Shown here: positions 48,630 through 62,234 of the stretch, piece after piece
Layout of the letters: each line of letters starts with the position of its first letter
Position numbering within the stretch: position 1 is the first letter of the stretch
Notes under the pieces: generated by a model
What the model was told of the DNA's origin: nothing
Databases searched by the model: none
Seen by the model: only the letters and a program-made list of their open reading frames with translations
Assembly (NCBI GenBank): GCA_013239625.1
Contig: MU055922.1
Span: 3,442,439-3,506,438 of the forward strand
Reading direction: 5' to 3'
Length of the DNA: 64,000 nt
DNA from: Lama guanicoe
Lineage: Eukaryota
Program-made: the position numbers and the translations under genes

Positions 48630-48736
48630 CTGATTGTGGAACAGCAGGATGAGCAGTTGGAGCTGGTCTCTGGCAGCATCGGGGTGCTGAAGAACATGTC
48701 CCAGCGCATTGGAGGGGAGCTGGAGGAGCAGGCAGT
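48630..48736 (+). CDS. STX6: STX6 exon 6 (Qc-SNARE motif, first half)
   Basis: ccag|[35 protein letters not shown](V)|gtgagt; 107 nt. Confidence 0.97.
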
Positions 48737-49254
48737 GTGAGTACCAAGACGCCCCTCTTGCTGCAGAGGAATGGAGGGAAAGCCATCTTACGGGAGCCCT
48801 GAAAGCCTGACAGTTACGTGGCTAGTAAAACCAAAAGCTGTTTTGTTTATAGCTGCATCTTTATTCTGTTGTACAGCCTAACCCTTCCAAAAGAAGCAAA
48901 TCTATCAGATAAAATTTTCAACAGGGTTTAAGCAAAGTTATTATTATTAATATGCTTAAACACCGTCAGAAATAGTTACAAATTCCTTGAACAGATAATC
49001 AAAGTGTTGCTGTGAATGGGAATGTAAAACCAATACGGCTCTGTAACCTCTGTGGAGACTCTTGTTGCAAAGAGGGTAGGACACGGAGTCATCATCCCAT
49101 GACTTCCACGCTACACGGAACAGAACTTTTTGCTCTGCATCTTAAATCTGAATTTTATGGGGAAAAAAGTATAAGTTTAATTCCAATTAATAAAACAGTC
49201 TTTTCCCCTCAAAAATAAAAAGTAAAAGCACAAGCACAAGAAAGCATAATTAGA

Positions 49255-49314
49255 TTTATTTGTTCTTCATTAAGTTTATTTGTTCTTCATTAAGTTTATT
49301 TGTTCTTCGTTAAG
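49255..49314. repeat. Three-copy 20-bp tandem repeat TTTATTTGTTCTTCATTAAG
   Basis: Three units with one A>G change in the third. Confidence 0.95.
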
Positions 49315-50816
49315 AACGATCTCTTTTTGCAATCCTGAAGTATGACACCAAAAACAGTGAGAAATGCTACCACATAATAGCTTTACTATTTTACAGATAT
49401 TTTTTCTGGGGTGGGGGGGAAGACACAGTTCCACTGGGATATTTCGGGAACTCTCCTACCTCAATTTTGTGTTCAGCGTTATAGATTCATTTATTATAAA
49501 TTCAAACCAGGCATCTTGTTCTGGGAGGCCATTGCGTGTCCATGGAGGAGGGAAGGGAACAGCGTCTCTGCCGGCAGAGAGTTTACTGTTCAGTGGGTGG
49601 AGTGGACATTACATAGATGATGCAAGTCCTGGAGTGGTGACAGAAGGGGAGGGCTGCCGTATGGGGGAAGCGCGTGGTGCCTTGAGGGCCCTGGCAGACT
49701 ATACTGCAAACCTAGCTCAGTCTGAAGTCCCTGAGAAGAGAAGAGAAAAGACAAGAGAAGAGAAGAGAGGTTTAACTGGAGCTGGCAGAAGAGTGGAAGG
49801 CAGCGGGTGGGGTGATACGGAGGGTTGGAAGGGGGCTGAGGGAAGGGTCTATTGGGAAGAAGAAAGAGCATCCAACAGGGAGGTTTCGAGTGACTGGAGT
49901 GTGGGGATGGGGAGGGAAGTTGCAGAAGTCAAGTCAGGGAGGCAGGCTGTTCAGGGAAGGCCTTAGAAGCCATGAACAGGAGTTACAACTATTTATTCAA
50001 AGGGCGGTGGGGAACACACCCCAAGCGAAGGTTGTGTTGGAAGTAGTGCCATGGTCAGGTTTCCATTTTGGGAGGAAGAACCACAGTGGCACAAGACTGG
50101 AAGCAGGGAGACCAGGTAGGAAAGCTGGGAGAATGGGAATGTAAGCATGCAGTTTAATTTCTTTCTAAAATGCATTCTTGCCCTAAAGTTTGTTTTGGGA
50201 CTGGGAGAGGACTGAATGCTTAAGCACTTCCCCTGGGTGGGTGGACGATAGAGTCTGCAGGCTTCCAGTTATAAACGGTGGATTGAGCACAGCCTTCATC
50301 TCTGCTCCTCCTCTGGAGTCTGTTAGAACAATATTAGAGTTGTTTTTTTTTTTTAATGGCATGAAATCTCTGGGGACATAGAGCTTGGAATAAGAAACAG
50401 TGACCAAATTTTAAAAAGGAAGAGAGAAAGAAAGAAAAATAAAGAAAGGAAAGACAGACAGACAGACAGAAAGACCGACCAGACCAGAACACTTTAAGAT
50501 CCTGGCAAGTAGAAAGCCGAATGGTTACTGACTCAACAGACCAGAGAAAGCTGACTCCTAGGCCACAGACCCCCGAGCTGGGAAGAGTGTTTACTCACCC
50601 ATGATAGTGTAAACCTTGAGTGTTGACCTTATCAAACTGTGACACAGTTACATTGAAAGAAAGGGGGAAGAGAGGTGGGAAGGATGCAGAGATGGGGAAT
50701 GAAATGGGAGGAGGGCTGAGCCCTAGCCTTCCGTACTGCGGAGTCAGCAGGAGCAGGAGTCAGCAGGAGCAGGACTCTAAGGTGTGAGCCTGTTACTTCA
50801 AAAACTGGAGAGAGAC

Positions 50817-50978
50817 GGGGGAGAGTATAGCTCAGTGGTAGAGTGTGTGCTTGGCATGCACAAGGTCCTGGGTTCAATCCCCAGTACCTCCAGTGAAATA
50901 AATGAATAAATAAACCTAGTTACTACCCCTCCCCCCAAAAGAAAAGAAACTATTAAAAAAAAGAGAGAGAGAGAAAAG
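50817..50978 (+). mobile_element. tRNA-derived SINE (vic-1-like)
   Basis: ggggagagtatagctcagtggtagag...ggttcaatccccagtacc with an A-rich tail; perfect 15-bp TSD CAAAAACTGGAGAGA at 50799-50813 and 50979-50993. Confidence 0.9.
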
Positions 50979-51167
50979 CAAAAACTGGAGAGAACCAGGA
51001 GCATGACGTGAGGGGCTGAAAGCAGTTGCCGCAGAGGAGGGGCAACTGTGGTTTTTATACACAGAAAAAGACTTGTAGGACCGTTTAGCTCTACAAACTG
51101 TGTATGTGTATAACTAATAAAAGTTACAAGTAAATTAAAAGGAAAAACCATGGGTCTTGGACTTAAA

Positions 51168-51445
51168 CCTGTGCTGTCCAAAAAGCCACTAGCACACGTG
51201 GCCATTGAATACATGAAATGCGGCCAGTCTGGACTGAGATGGGTCCTGAGCATAAATTGCACACCAGATTCTGAAGATTCAGACTGGAAAAAAAAAGTAA
51301 TATTATATGTTGAAATGATGTTTTAGATACACTGGGTTAAATAAAACATTAGAATTAATTTTGCCCATTTTTACTTTGATATGTATGACTAGAAAATACT
51401 CAGTGACATGTATGACTCACATTCTGTTTCTTTTGGGCAGCCCTG
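51168..51445. mobile_element. MER33-like hAT-Charlie element
   Basis: ctgtgctgtcca..gccactagcacacgtggcc ... ttgggcagccctg. Confidence 0.65.
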
Positions 51446-51612
51446 GGTGAGTTAGATCTGGGCTAGAAGCTTGGTTAGTGGGTGTCCTTGGGCTGGAAGT
51501 TGGATGACTTGCCCAGTTTGTTTTCAGCGAGAAAAGTCAGGCCCAGCACACAGAGGTAGCTCTTGTCAGCACTTGGCTCTGCCTGGACAGGTCTGCCAGC
51601 TGAAGGCAGGAT

Positions 51613-51682
51613 GCTACCAGGATCTGAAATGAGCTAAAAATGTTTTAGCTACCAGGATCTGAAATGAGCTAAAAATATTTTA
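51613..51682. repeat. 35-bp tandem duplication
   Basis: GCTACCAGGATCTGAAATGAGCTAAAAAT(G/A)TTTTA twice. Confidence 0.95.
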
Positions 51683-52395
51683 ATTTGAAAATTTAGGTAA
51701 GGGACAAAGACTTGTTTGTTTAGTTGTCAACGTGGAGTTTTTAATGATTGGCTTAATGAGGAGTTTGTCACCTGAATGAATCCTGCAGGGCTGTCAGGTG
51801 CCTCATGTGTGCACAGGCCAAGACCAGTAGTTTCTAGCTGCCGTTAATGCTGGCAGAGTAACAGAGCCTTTTTAGTAAGACCTTTGGTGCTAATTGGTAT
51901 GTTACTCTGTCCTCGGGATAATCATATATTAGTCCAAAGATGAAAAGTCTGGAATGCTTAGTAATTTATGAAATAACAACTGTTGAAATAAGAGTATTTT
52001 GGTGTTTTCTTTCCCAGCTGCACTTCGGACAGCAAATAGTGTTAGCCTCAGGGAGCCCGTCCTCTGCGGGTATAGAGGAGGAGTCCTCTGTCTGACATCA
52101 GCCTGAGGCCGCCCAGCTCTGTGATAAAGCACAGGGTACCTTAAAGGAGATGATTGTTTGATTAAAGTGCATTTCTTAACTCACTTTGCTGTAAAGCGCT
52201 TTATGTATTACATGCTGCTCACAAGAACCCTGGCGGGGAAGCTGCACTGATTGGACTGCCCCGTTTTACAGATGAGGAAACAGCTCCCGCGATTGTAGGG
52301 TCCCTTGTCCAGGGTAGCAAGTGGCAAGGCCTGGTTGGCTTCGCATAGCCTTCTTTCTGCTACACTGCACTGCTGCTGAGTTTGTGTTACATGGT

Positions 52396-52690
52396 CAGGT
52401 CAACGTTGCCTTGTCTGCCATTCTGAAATCTAAAAAGCTCAAAAAATTAATGTTTAAAAATTTCGCAGCAAGCTCATGTTACAGAAAAACCAGACTTGAG
52501 CCGACTGCAACTGTGACTCCACATAGTTTTCTGAGCAGAAATATTAAGGTGTTTGATGATGGGGACTGCCCCAGACCCTGCTGAGGGGACTAGCTTAATA
52601 CACAATGCATATATAACTTACTACTTTTAAAAATTTCCACAATTCTGACATCAAAAACGTATCCTGGTTCCAAGGATAAAAGATTGGGGG
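52396..52690. mobile_element. Tigger-type element (MER46-like)
   Basis: cattctgaaatctaaaaagctc ... ccaaggataaaagatt. Confidence 0.5.
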
Positions 52691-52819
52691 TTTGAATCCC
52701 AACGTTGCCTGTTTGATGTGTGCTGCAACCCAGCCCTGGGTCCCAATTTAGCTCCACGGCAAATGCATCACAAGACTTTGTGCTGACCAGCTACCTGCTG
52801 CGTCTGCTTGTCTTTCTAG

Positions 52820-52914
52820 CATGTTGGATGATTTCTCCCACGAGCTGGAGAGCACTCAGTCTCGACTGGACAACGTGATGAAGAAACTCGCAAAAGTATC
52901 TCACATGACCAGTG
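52820..52914 (+). CDS. STX6: STX6 exon 7 (SNARE motif, second half)
   Basis: ctag|[33 protein letters not shown]|gtatgt; 95 nt. Confidence 0.97.
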
Positions 52915-55900
52915 GTATGTATGTGCTTCCAGGCTCCAGGGTTCTTGCTTAATTCCAGAAGCACAGTCTGAGGGCTCTCTCATGGGTGTGCCCATTCAGA
53001 CCCCTTTCCTCTGGCACATTTCTGTCTTGCCTTGGGGTCAGAGACGGAAGCCTAGCACGCACAGGCTTGTCTTTTGCTTCTAGCCTTTACCTGGAAAGAG
53101 TCTGTGGTTCCCACCGGGCAAGGCTGGCGGGGTTGGGTGGCCTTTCTTCCGGGGGAGTAACTCTCTTTGCACTTAAAACATCCTCTTTTCTTTTCTTCCT
53201 GTTTCCTTGCCAAAATGGGGGATTTATTTTAAAACAGTAATTAAGAAGCCAGTTATTGTTTCTCATGGACTGACTTTTCATTGAAAGAAAAATCCCTACC
53301 ATTTCAGAATAAGATGGCCTTGCAGATCTCATTGTACCTGTTTGTTTTTTTTAATCCGTAGTGAACTGCTGCTGCAAATTTCTACCAGGCTGGGAATGAA
53401 GAAGTAATATTTTTCAAGTTGGTTACTGTGTAGGCAGATGTGTTCCAATGACTCTGGTTTTTGTTGTTGTTAATACAACACGTCTTCCCTGTTACATGGG
53501 AAATAATACATTTTAAGTCAAAGAAAATCCAGTATCTCTTTTTTCTCTTTATTTGGTACAGGGAGGAACTGAGACCGTCTTTGAGGTAACTTTAGTGTTC
53601 TTGAGCCATGGCACCCCTCCCCCAGCAGAACATCCTGTTATTTTTTAATTTCTTTTCGTAAGTTGCAAGAGTATCCCCTGTTTCTTGACACTTTGTTCTC
53701 CTGTTGGTTTCCTCCTGCCAGGTACGTGTTACAGCGTCTAATAGTTTAGCCTTTTGAGGCAAGATTTAAATACACATGTATATGTGATTTCCAGCAATTT
53801 AACTCATAGTCAAGTTACATAACACTTCTGTGGGGCTTATATTTTTCCTTATATATTTAGATAAGGTTGATGCCTACCTCTCAAGATCATTGTGAGGATT
53901 AAATGAAGTAATAATAATTAATGTACAAGTGTTTAACAGTGTCTCCCATGTATTAGTGCACAGTAAATGTTTGTTGGGGGGGGGACGTAAGGCAGAAGAT
54001 GGCCCTGGACCTGTTACATCCAAAACAAAGGGAAGCTCCTAGCCAGGTGAGTTTCCTTCTTTGTCTCCAGGGGCAAGTATCTCCATGCTTCTAGCAGGCT
54101 TCTCACTGCCAGCGGCAGGCGCAGCTTAGTCCATCTTCCACGCACCTGGAGAATGGTTTGCACAGTCCTCTTCCTGCTTCCCTCTGTTCTCTTCCGCCCC
54201 GCCCCTCTTCGCAAAAAAACACAAAGCTTTAATGAAGTATTATATAACCAGTTTAAACACCAGACCTCTCACTAGTGTGTATATGAGTTGCAAAGTCAAG
54301 TAGCTACTTCAGCACCAGTTTGTTTAGGGAAGAGCGACTGAACAAAGATGCCCTGTGTCCTTGCTCCCAGCATTCCAGGGGTGAATAATTTAGAAAAGCC
54401 ACTCACATTGTGATAAGCGGCTCAGTGTGTATAAATAGCACTGAGGCCGCCTTATGCTTTCTTCTCCTTTCTCCTGAAAGAAAAGTTTGGGGAGCAAAGT
54501 AAGAATTTTAGTTATATTTGTCTAAGAATGAGAGCCAGGAAAGAGAGCATTTAGCCTGAAAGGGCCCTTCGGTTGGGACAGCTTGCCTGTGGTGTTCATT
54601 TTAAATCTCTGCTCCCAGAAGAGAGATGGCTTGGGGCCTCCTGCTTGGCTGTGTTGGCTTCTGTTTGATGACGAGGCAATTTGTATTTGTCCCTGTTCTC
54701 CTCCGTAACTTTTGGGACGGTTCACTGCTTTTCAGTCAAACGTGTACATAAAGACTGACGTATATGATTAGGCAGTAACTGAGCGCACGCGCTGCACGTG
54801 TCTGGAGCGGCGGGACCCTGTCCCCCCCGGGGCTGGTGCTTCCTGGGCAGAAATCGGCCAAGACACCAGCCTTACTTTTTTGAATGATCCAAGAGAGACA
54901 CTCATCTCGTCATTCTCCCACCCAAAGAAAGTGTATTCTTTTGAGTAGATACCAAGGTGTTCTCCCCTCAGTTTCTAAAATTCTGTGGTTCCTCTTTTCT
55001 CTCTAGGGGAGGAGAGTCTATTGGGGGGGGGCCTCCCTATGGAGCCCCCTTTGTTCCCCCTGACTTTTTGAGGCAGGTCCTGAGCTTGCAAAAAGCTGTT
55101 TAGAACTTTTCACTTGAGGTCACAAAAGCCCCTCGTGTTAACACCCGCCCCGTGTGGGGAAACGTCTGCTAGGGTAACAGTTCCCCGGGGGTTGCCCGGT
55201 ACATGCCTCATAGAGGCAGCTTCCCACTTCAAAGTAAAGTGGATTTAAAAGCGCATTCCTGGTTTGTGCTAGCTTGTGTGATGGCTGTTCTCCTGGACGA
55301 AAACCTCTATTTAGTGCAGTTGCAGACGAGAAGGTGATGGAGGTGGGAGGAGGGTTGGGCAGGGCTGATGGAAAGCTGGTTCAGTATGGGAAATCTGGGC
55401 CTGACTGGAAGGTGCCTCCGGCAGGGCACTTAGGAAGCATTTACCTTGACTGTACCATCCTAGAAGAATAGCGACTAATCATTTCAATGAGGGGTTTTAG
55501 ATTATTGTAAACACTTTTAAATACATGAAGGAATGCTAGATGTTTGAGTTTCCTGAGCCATTGAAGTGATACTTAAACTGATTAATAATGTTACCTGGAA
55601 TCGATCCACTCGGCCTTCCCACGCCCTTTGGCCTCGTCCTGCTTCAGAAAAGGAGCAGGTGGACTTGAGGTCTCTCCCCGAATCCCAGCCACTACGTGAG
55701 CGCCTAGCCTGTCTGGCAGAGAGCAGGGTGAGCCACGAAGAAGGCTTTACTCACTCTTGTTTAATTGCAGTTCTCTCGGCCAGTTCTAAGGCTTGGCTCT
55801 CCATCACGTGGAAACCATTCAAGCGCATGTTTTGTGGACTTAGCATTGCTTCGTGTAAAGTCTTGCAGGCTATTTTCCTAGATTCTGATCTTTTTTACGT

Positions 55901-56945
55901 GACTCTGTGGTGTGCTAAAATCTGCTTTTAAGTAAACTTCTGATGAACTGGTATATGTGCCTTTGTATTTCTGGCTCCATGGAGCTCGCACTTCTGTCAG
56001 TTGAGCTGCGCTGTCACAGGCCTTCTGTCAGCCTGACCGTCTTCAGGAAACGGCAGGGCTCCTCTGCGTGGAGGCTGCTTGTTCCTGCGTCTGCCCGGTG
56101 ACGGACGCGTCCTGACCGGGACAGCGCTCTGTGCCCCGGCTGTGGGCCCGCGTGTGAGGGGGTGTCCGCGTTGTGTAGCTCTCACAGCCGCCCTGAGAGC
56201 TGGGGGTTGCGGCAGCTCTGTGGGCAGGAGCCTGTGCGGGCCCTTCTCCTGTCCCTCAGGGCCTCCTCATCTCGGCCGTTTAGATGGACTCTGGCCACTT
56301 TTTCCTGCACCTGTTCTCAATTGTGAGGAGGGCAGGAAGTTTCAGAAAAGGCATTCATTCCCCTGTCATTTGCAGATAAGCTGTCCGTTACTTTAACGCG
56401 GTTGCTGGTTAAGTGACCTTTCTCGCCCAGGGGTGATGTGAAGTTCATCGTGCCTGGTCACCGCGGCTGGCATTTTCAGCTGTTTCCTAACATGACCAGC
56501 AGTAGCTTTCATCTCCTTTCCATCCTCCCATTGCTCTCATTGAGAAAAGAACATGATTATTGTTGAATTAAGTGATTTGACTTTGGTGGGAGATGAAAGC
56601 AGACGAGCTTTGATCTGTGATACCACCAACACCTTTCCTAGGGATGTGGCACCTGCCAGCGGAAAGCTGCTGTCCACAGATCTTCCTTAATTAGAGACTC
56701 AAGACACAAAGCAAGCACTTATGACAAGCCCGGCTTTCAGGGGACGGGCAGGGTTGTGAACGCGCGTGCCTGCAGGCCAGGCGCAGAGCAGCAGTAAAGT
56801 TACCCGGCGCCCAGGCAGGTTCACAGCCTCTCTGCCTGGCATTGCCCATCCTGTCCCATCTGCGTCCAGGTGTTGCCTCAAGTCCAGGTGTGTCCCGGGG
56901 GATACAGAATCTTGGGAGAGCTCACCCTCGTGTCCTGCCTTCCAG

Positions 56946-57022
56946 ATCGGCGCCAGTGGTGTGCCATCGCTGTCCTCTTCGTGGTCCTGCTGGTCGTGCT
57001 GATCCTCTTCTTGGTGCTGTGA
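56946..57022 (+). CDS. STX6: STX6 exon 8 coding part (C-terminal transmembrane anchor and stop)
   Basis: ccag|(D)RRQWCAIAVLFVVLLVVLILFLVL*, TGA at 57020-57022. The eight exons sum to 768 nt = 255 aa plus stop. Confidence 0.97.
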
Positions 57023-58500
57023 CGGCGGGGCCTGGGGCCGCCGCCTCCTGCATGGGGACCTGGTGGAGAGGGAGCAGCAGCACGCATGGTGTGGCCGGCT
57101 CCTCGCGTCCCGCTCCTGGAAACCAAGCCTGCGCTGACTTTTCTCTCTGTGACCCCACCATCGAGACAGCGCCTCCGTCCCCACGCCAAGAAGGCCGGTG
57201 GGGAGAGGAAGCCGATGACTGCACACTCCTGGTGCCTCTGCCTTGTTCCCCTGGAGGGCCTCCAAGGAATCCAGAAAAATTCAGACTCGGCTCGTGTTGG
57301 CTATTGCTCATTCCATCCGTCTTTGGCAGCTCTTTTCTCCCGCTCAGACCCTTCGCCCCGTCAGATGGCATGCGCTGTCCCGTCCAGAAGCGCTGGCTCC
57401 TGGGTATGTTTTGTGTCCCGCCCCAGGAGCGCCCTTCACTCCTGAGAGCTGGTGGTTAATGGGGACCCAGGGCTCAGAAGCACTTTGTGACAGAAGATGC
57501 CGTGATTGGCTTTTCAGGGATAAGTGCTGGTGTGAAAGTGCTTTTACAGGCCCATTATTTGGTGGGAGGAATAACTAATGAAAAAGAATGACAAGCAAAA
57601 AAAAAAAAAGAATGAAAAGCACTGGGCTTCGGGGGATGCTGGCAACTTGTGGCTTGAATGGGGAGGACAGGGCAGCGGGACACAGCTGTGGGAGGGTGGG
57701 CTGAGTGCCGGGGTCGGGGCCTTGGTGGATTCACGCCACTGTCCTATAGCCTCCTCTCTAGAGGTGCAGCTTGCATTTTCAGGGTGACCTTTACGTGAGC
57801 AGCTCAGTGGCTCATGAGTGTCTGAGATTCCAAAGTAGTGTCACTGGCAGTAATTTTATTCTGGTAGCACCCTGCCTTGGGGGCTACGGGTGGTCAGTAC
57901 ATTTAATTATATGTACTCAGAAACTGGAATGTCAAAAGAAGGCTAGTTCTGGTCCGGATTTTTCTTACCTTGTGAGTAACTACAAGGATGGGTAGGTGAA
58001 CTGGGTTCTTTTTTCTCCCCTAAGATGATAACCCGATTATGTCATCCATTTAGATAACTGAGCCAATCCAAATTTAAATGACAGATGCTGTATGAGACAC
58101 TGTACACTGCAAGCTCCTGATGGCTTGTAAGAGGCCTCCCGTGTACACATGTATATAGGATATTTTTATAACCTCCCTGATGAAAACCTGATACTGAAGT
58201 AACAGCTGAAGCCAGAGCCAGCGCCTGGCGGGGAGGCTGCCGGTCTCTGCCTCACCTCCCTCTTTTGCACTTGGAAAGCACAGCAGTGTCTGGGTAGACT
58301 TCTAGCTCTGGCTTTTATCTCATCTTTTGGGGTCCATTCCTCAGCACGCTTTTTTTTCTTGTTTTGTTTATAGCTCTTGTTTTTCGGTTTGTGTTGGGCT
58401 CTTGCCCCCCCCCCACCTTTTTTGTGTATGATTTGCAATGATATGCTTGCCCAGCTAACCTCTGAATTGCACTTTTTAATAAATATTTTTAACAATTTTT
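57023..58500 (+). other. STX6 3'UTR (minimum extent) with candidate poly(A) signal AATAAA at 58478-58483
   Basis: Follows the stop codon, with AATAAA followed by U-rich sequence. Further candidates are ATTAAA (~58733, ~58782) and AATAAA (62029-62034). The true 3' end cannot be determined from sequence alone. Confidence 0.55.
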
Positions 58501-61500
58501 TTAAAGAAAGGTATTTTCTCACGTTTCGGATCATGTTAAGGAAATCTGCCTGTTGATGAGAGCTAAAAGCAGATTCATAAAACTAAAAGGGTGATTGACA
58601 TCCACGTTTACACTCAATTCTCTATTTGATAAAGAAATGTTATTATTTTTCAAATTAGAAAAAAAGTGATTATTACAAAGGGCTTCAGATGTAGGGTAGT
58701 AGATTATTTGTTTTACAAAGTTTTGAGACTTATTAAAATAGCCTTTTATAAACTGAGGACAGGGCTGGTCCTTAGATTTGCATTAAAATATACGCGTCTT
58801 TGTTAACCATACACGTGGCCCTTGTCACAGTACTGTGACCCCCCGCTCTCCACGTTACACAAAGCAGCCGACGTCTTGATGAAGTCCAGGCTCGCCCTGT
58901 TTAAACGCCGTTCTGTTCTCTGGGTGGTAGGTTTACTGTGCCCCTCGAAACCGTCACGCGTGGCAGGGCCTGTTGGGAACATGCCTGGTCATTAGTAGGA
59001 TTCTCCCCAGACTTTAGGGACCAAGTTTTGTGATGCTAGGGTGATGTGATATGAGGGTTAATTACTAAATGGGGACATTTGGAGTTGGCCTGCTCACTGA
59101 TTCAAGGTGTTTGCTAAACGGTGGTTATTGTAGACCAGACTGGACTGAAGCTAAGGAGCAAGCTAGTTAGGAGAAAGTTTACTTAAAATCCAGGCACTGT
59201 TCCATTCTCCCTGTAGGCCCACTGCTTTTCTAGCCTCCAAAGAGTTATTTGATAAGCTGCCTCTTAAACTGTTACCAGAGCCACTCTGTCCCAGGTGTCA
59301 CTTCCGGTCCAGGCTGGCTTGATCATGGGTCCGACTCCATTGTACCTGGACTGGGCAGTCGCTACAGACCAGTGTTCATTTGAAGGCTCCCCTCTCAGAC
59401 TCCAGCCCGTGGCAGAGAGCATGCCAAGAGCTTAGGTTTATTTTTAAGGACAAATGTTTCCTCATCAGTGATCCTACTGCTACTGGTCCTTTGCACGCGG
59501 TCCCCTCACCCTGAGGGGTGGCACGGGGGGAGGCGGGGAGGCCAGCACAGCCCCGCTGGGCTCAGAAGCATGTCCCATAGCCACAGGTTTCCCTTCAGCC
59601 TCTGCACCTCGTGCCGCGCTCCTTGTCGCTAAAGGACTGGCAGGATGTGATGGGTAACAGAGCTCGATTTCTGTTTATTGGAAGAACAGTTTACTCATCA
59701 GCTGATTTTAGGGGGTGAACGGGGGAGTGAACTGTTGAATTTGCCAGAGTGGGAATCCAGCTGGAAAAGCAAAATACCTTTAGTTTTTAGTCCTGATTTT
59801 TGATCTTGTCTTTGTGTGAGCAGTGAAAAATCACAATGCTCTCCGTGTGCCACTGCCGTGTGGCAATTGGAAGTTGCAGCGTGTGTGTGACAGGAGGGTC
59901 TTCCCGCCNNNNNNNNNNNNNNNNNNNNNNNNNNNNNNNNNNNNNNNNNNNNNNNNNNNNNNNNNNNNNNNNNNNNNNNNNNNNNNNNNNNNNNNNNNNN
60001 NNNNNNNNNNNNNNNNNNNNNNNNNNNNNNNNNNNNNNNNNNNNNNNNTGTAGTCTTAACAGAGACAGATTTCTGCTGGAGTTAAGTGTTTTACCTTCTG
60101 TAAGTGAAGGTGGTGGAGCCAAGATTTTTCTTTTGGTAATTTCCCTGACTGTCAAGTGAGATCATGTTACCACCTTTCTAGAGAATTCGTAGCATTTGAA
60201 GATCTAAAACCAAGTGATAAATATGAGTTGCTTTTCCACCCTGTAATTTGGACCATTTGGCGTTACCTTATACTGCAGGACAAATTTGTAAACAAAACAG
60301 AATTCGGATTGTCTGAAAAGTGAAAGTTCCAAAATACAGAACGCCCTACCGCCAGCCCTCCCTCTTTGTCTTCCTCTGGCTGGCATTTCTTTCCCTCCTG
60401 GGTTTTTTAAGAATAATTTTTTTAAAAAAGAATATTCTTTGTCCGTGAAGGGCAGAGAGGTGAGGCCAGAGGGCCCGTGGTCACGTTGCGCTGTCCCGAC
60501 CATGGAGGCAGCGCCCGGGGAAGGCGCTGGGAGGCCTCCTTTCTGTCCTGTCCAGATGCCCATCCCCAGCTCCCAGCCTTCACACGCTTCTGCTGGAAAT
60601 GAGGAGCCCCAGTTCTTGCAGGGCCCCTGCCGGCCAGTCATGTGAAACGTGGGTGCTGCCCCTGATCAGTCGTGCTCACAAGGAACCTGCTGTATTGCTG
60701 TTGCAAGAGAGTCCTGAGTAGAGAGAACTGCCATTCAGCCCAGAAGCGACTGGAACAGCCCTGCTGTGAGCCTGGGGGCTAGGCCTGGGACTGAAGCTCC
60801 AAGCTGACGGACTTCTGGGGTTCGCGTCCTTAATGGTAGACTCAGAAGGACTTGGGGTCCCTCAGCTCAGCCCTCTTGTTTTAGGGATGAAACCCGGCTC
60901 CCCCAGCTGGCAGGGGAGTCCCTTGGTGCACTGCATCCTGGACTCGGCCCTGGGAGCCCACATTCGGTGGGACCAGCTGACCTCAGTGACCTCCCATGAG
61001 GTAGCTGACGGGGTCTCGTGCTCCCCCCTTAGCCCCGACACCGAAGCTCTGAAAGTTACAGTGGCGTTCTGGTTGTGTTGCTGCCATCTCTGTGCATCTG
61101 CGAGTTCCTGTCATATAATGAGATAGTCTCTACTACTGTAGACACGTGGGGAGGTGAGGAAGAAAGAAAAAGAACTTGGTTTCCCTCTGACGTAAGCTAA
61201 CGTGTTGGTGCTGTTTTCCTTCGGACACGACCTTTGTCCAGAAACGCCCTCCCTGGGGCCGTGCAGGTGGGACTGGCTTACACAGTGATTGTCCCAGTCC
61301 CCTGCCCTGTTGCTTGGTTTCACATGAACATTTAATGGACCTGGTTTGCCAGCTGCAGCTAGACCCTTGTGAGAAAGTGTATTTTACCCTTTTTGTTTTT
61401 TTTTAAGGTTATGAGTTACCAAACCTAGAAGCCACTTGCTTATCTTGGGGTGGGGGGTGGGGGGGTTAGAAGCGAGACCACCCGGCTTTGTTATTCGCTG

Positions 61501-62234
61501 ACCAGAGCTCTCTGGCCTGTTCCCTGGCGGCAGCCCAGAGCTCCGCTCCAGTCTGGCTTTCTGTCAGCCCGGGGTGGGAGCACTTCCAGGGTGGTTCTTC
61601 CCTGCTCTGCAGAAAGTAGACTTCGGCTGTGACCCTGCAGTTAGTCTGTTCTGGGAGAGGCAGCTGTCCTGATCCTCAGGACAAAAAAGGAAAATAGTGT
61701 GTCTCTGCCCTGCTGTCTATGGGGGCGAGGAGAGGCCAGGCAGGTGTCCCACGAAGAGGTTATTGGAACTGTTTGTGAGCACCATGCAACGTCGTCCTGA
61801 CTGACCCAGGCTGGGAGAATGCCCAGGGTGGGGGGGCCTGAAAACCAGGAAAGGGCCAAAGAAAGCAAGCTGCAAACGATGATGAATTCAGTTTTTGCAA
61901 GTGGAAATATGCTTTCACCGGCTCATTTGTAATCAGAAATTAGTGTAATTAAAAAAACACAATGTGTAGTATGTGGCAGTACTCAGCAGGACGAAGCCAT
62001 TGTATTTTTCTTCCAAGTATAATTAAAAAATAAAACGCTGGAAGGTTATTTAACTAGAAGGTACAAACTGAAGAGGTGAGATCAGAGATTAGAAATGCAA
62101 ACGCCACAGTGAGTTCCAGATGGTGCTCTCCCCCCCCTCCTCCCACCCACGAGAACAGGCCAGAGCCCTAGGCCAGGAGTTTACAGCCCTCCCCAGAGGC
62201 AGAGAGATCTTGCTTCCTCTACGAAGGGGGCCTC

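Noticed and set aside
49255-49314. Direct repeats resembling a CRISPR array
   Set aside because: No spacers and a eukaryotic intronic context; this is a simple tandem repeat.
49364-49966. 200-aa ORF in STX6 intron 6
   Set aside because: Purine-rich low-complexity sequence, probably decayed repeat, with no recognisable domain or splice structure.
50817-50890. tRNA-like sequences here and at 5648, 6000, 13430 and 14799
   Set aside because: They have A-rich tails, TSDs and degenerate stems, so they are SINEs rather than tRNA genes.
56699-57578. Overlapping ORFs up to 205 aa at STX6 exon 8 and the 3'UTR
   Set aside because: Off-frame or antisense readings of GC-rich sequence; the real frame ends at TGA 57022.
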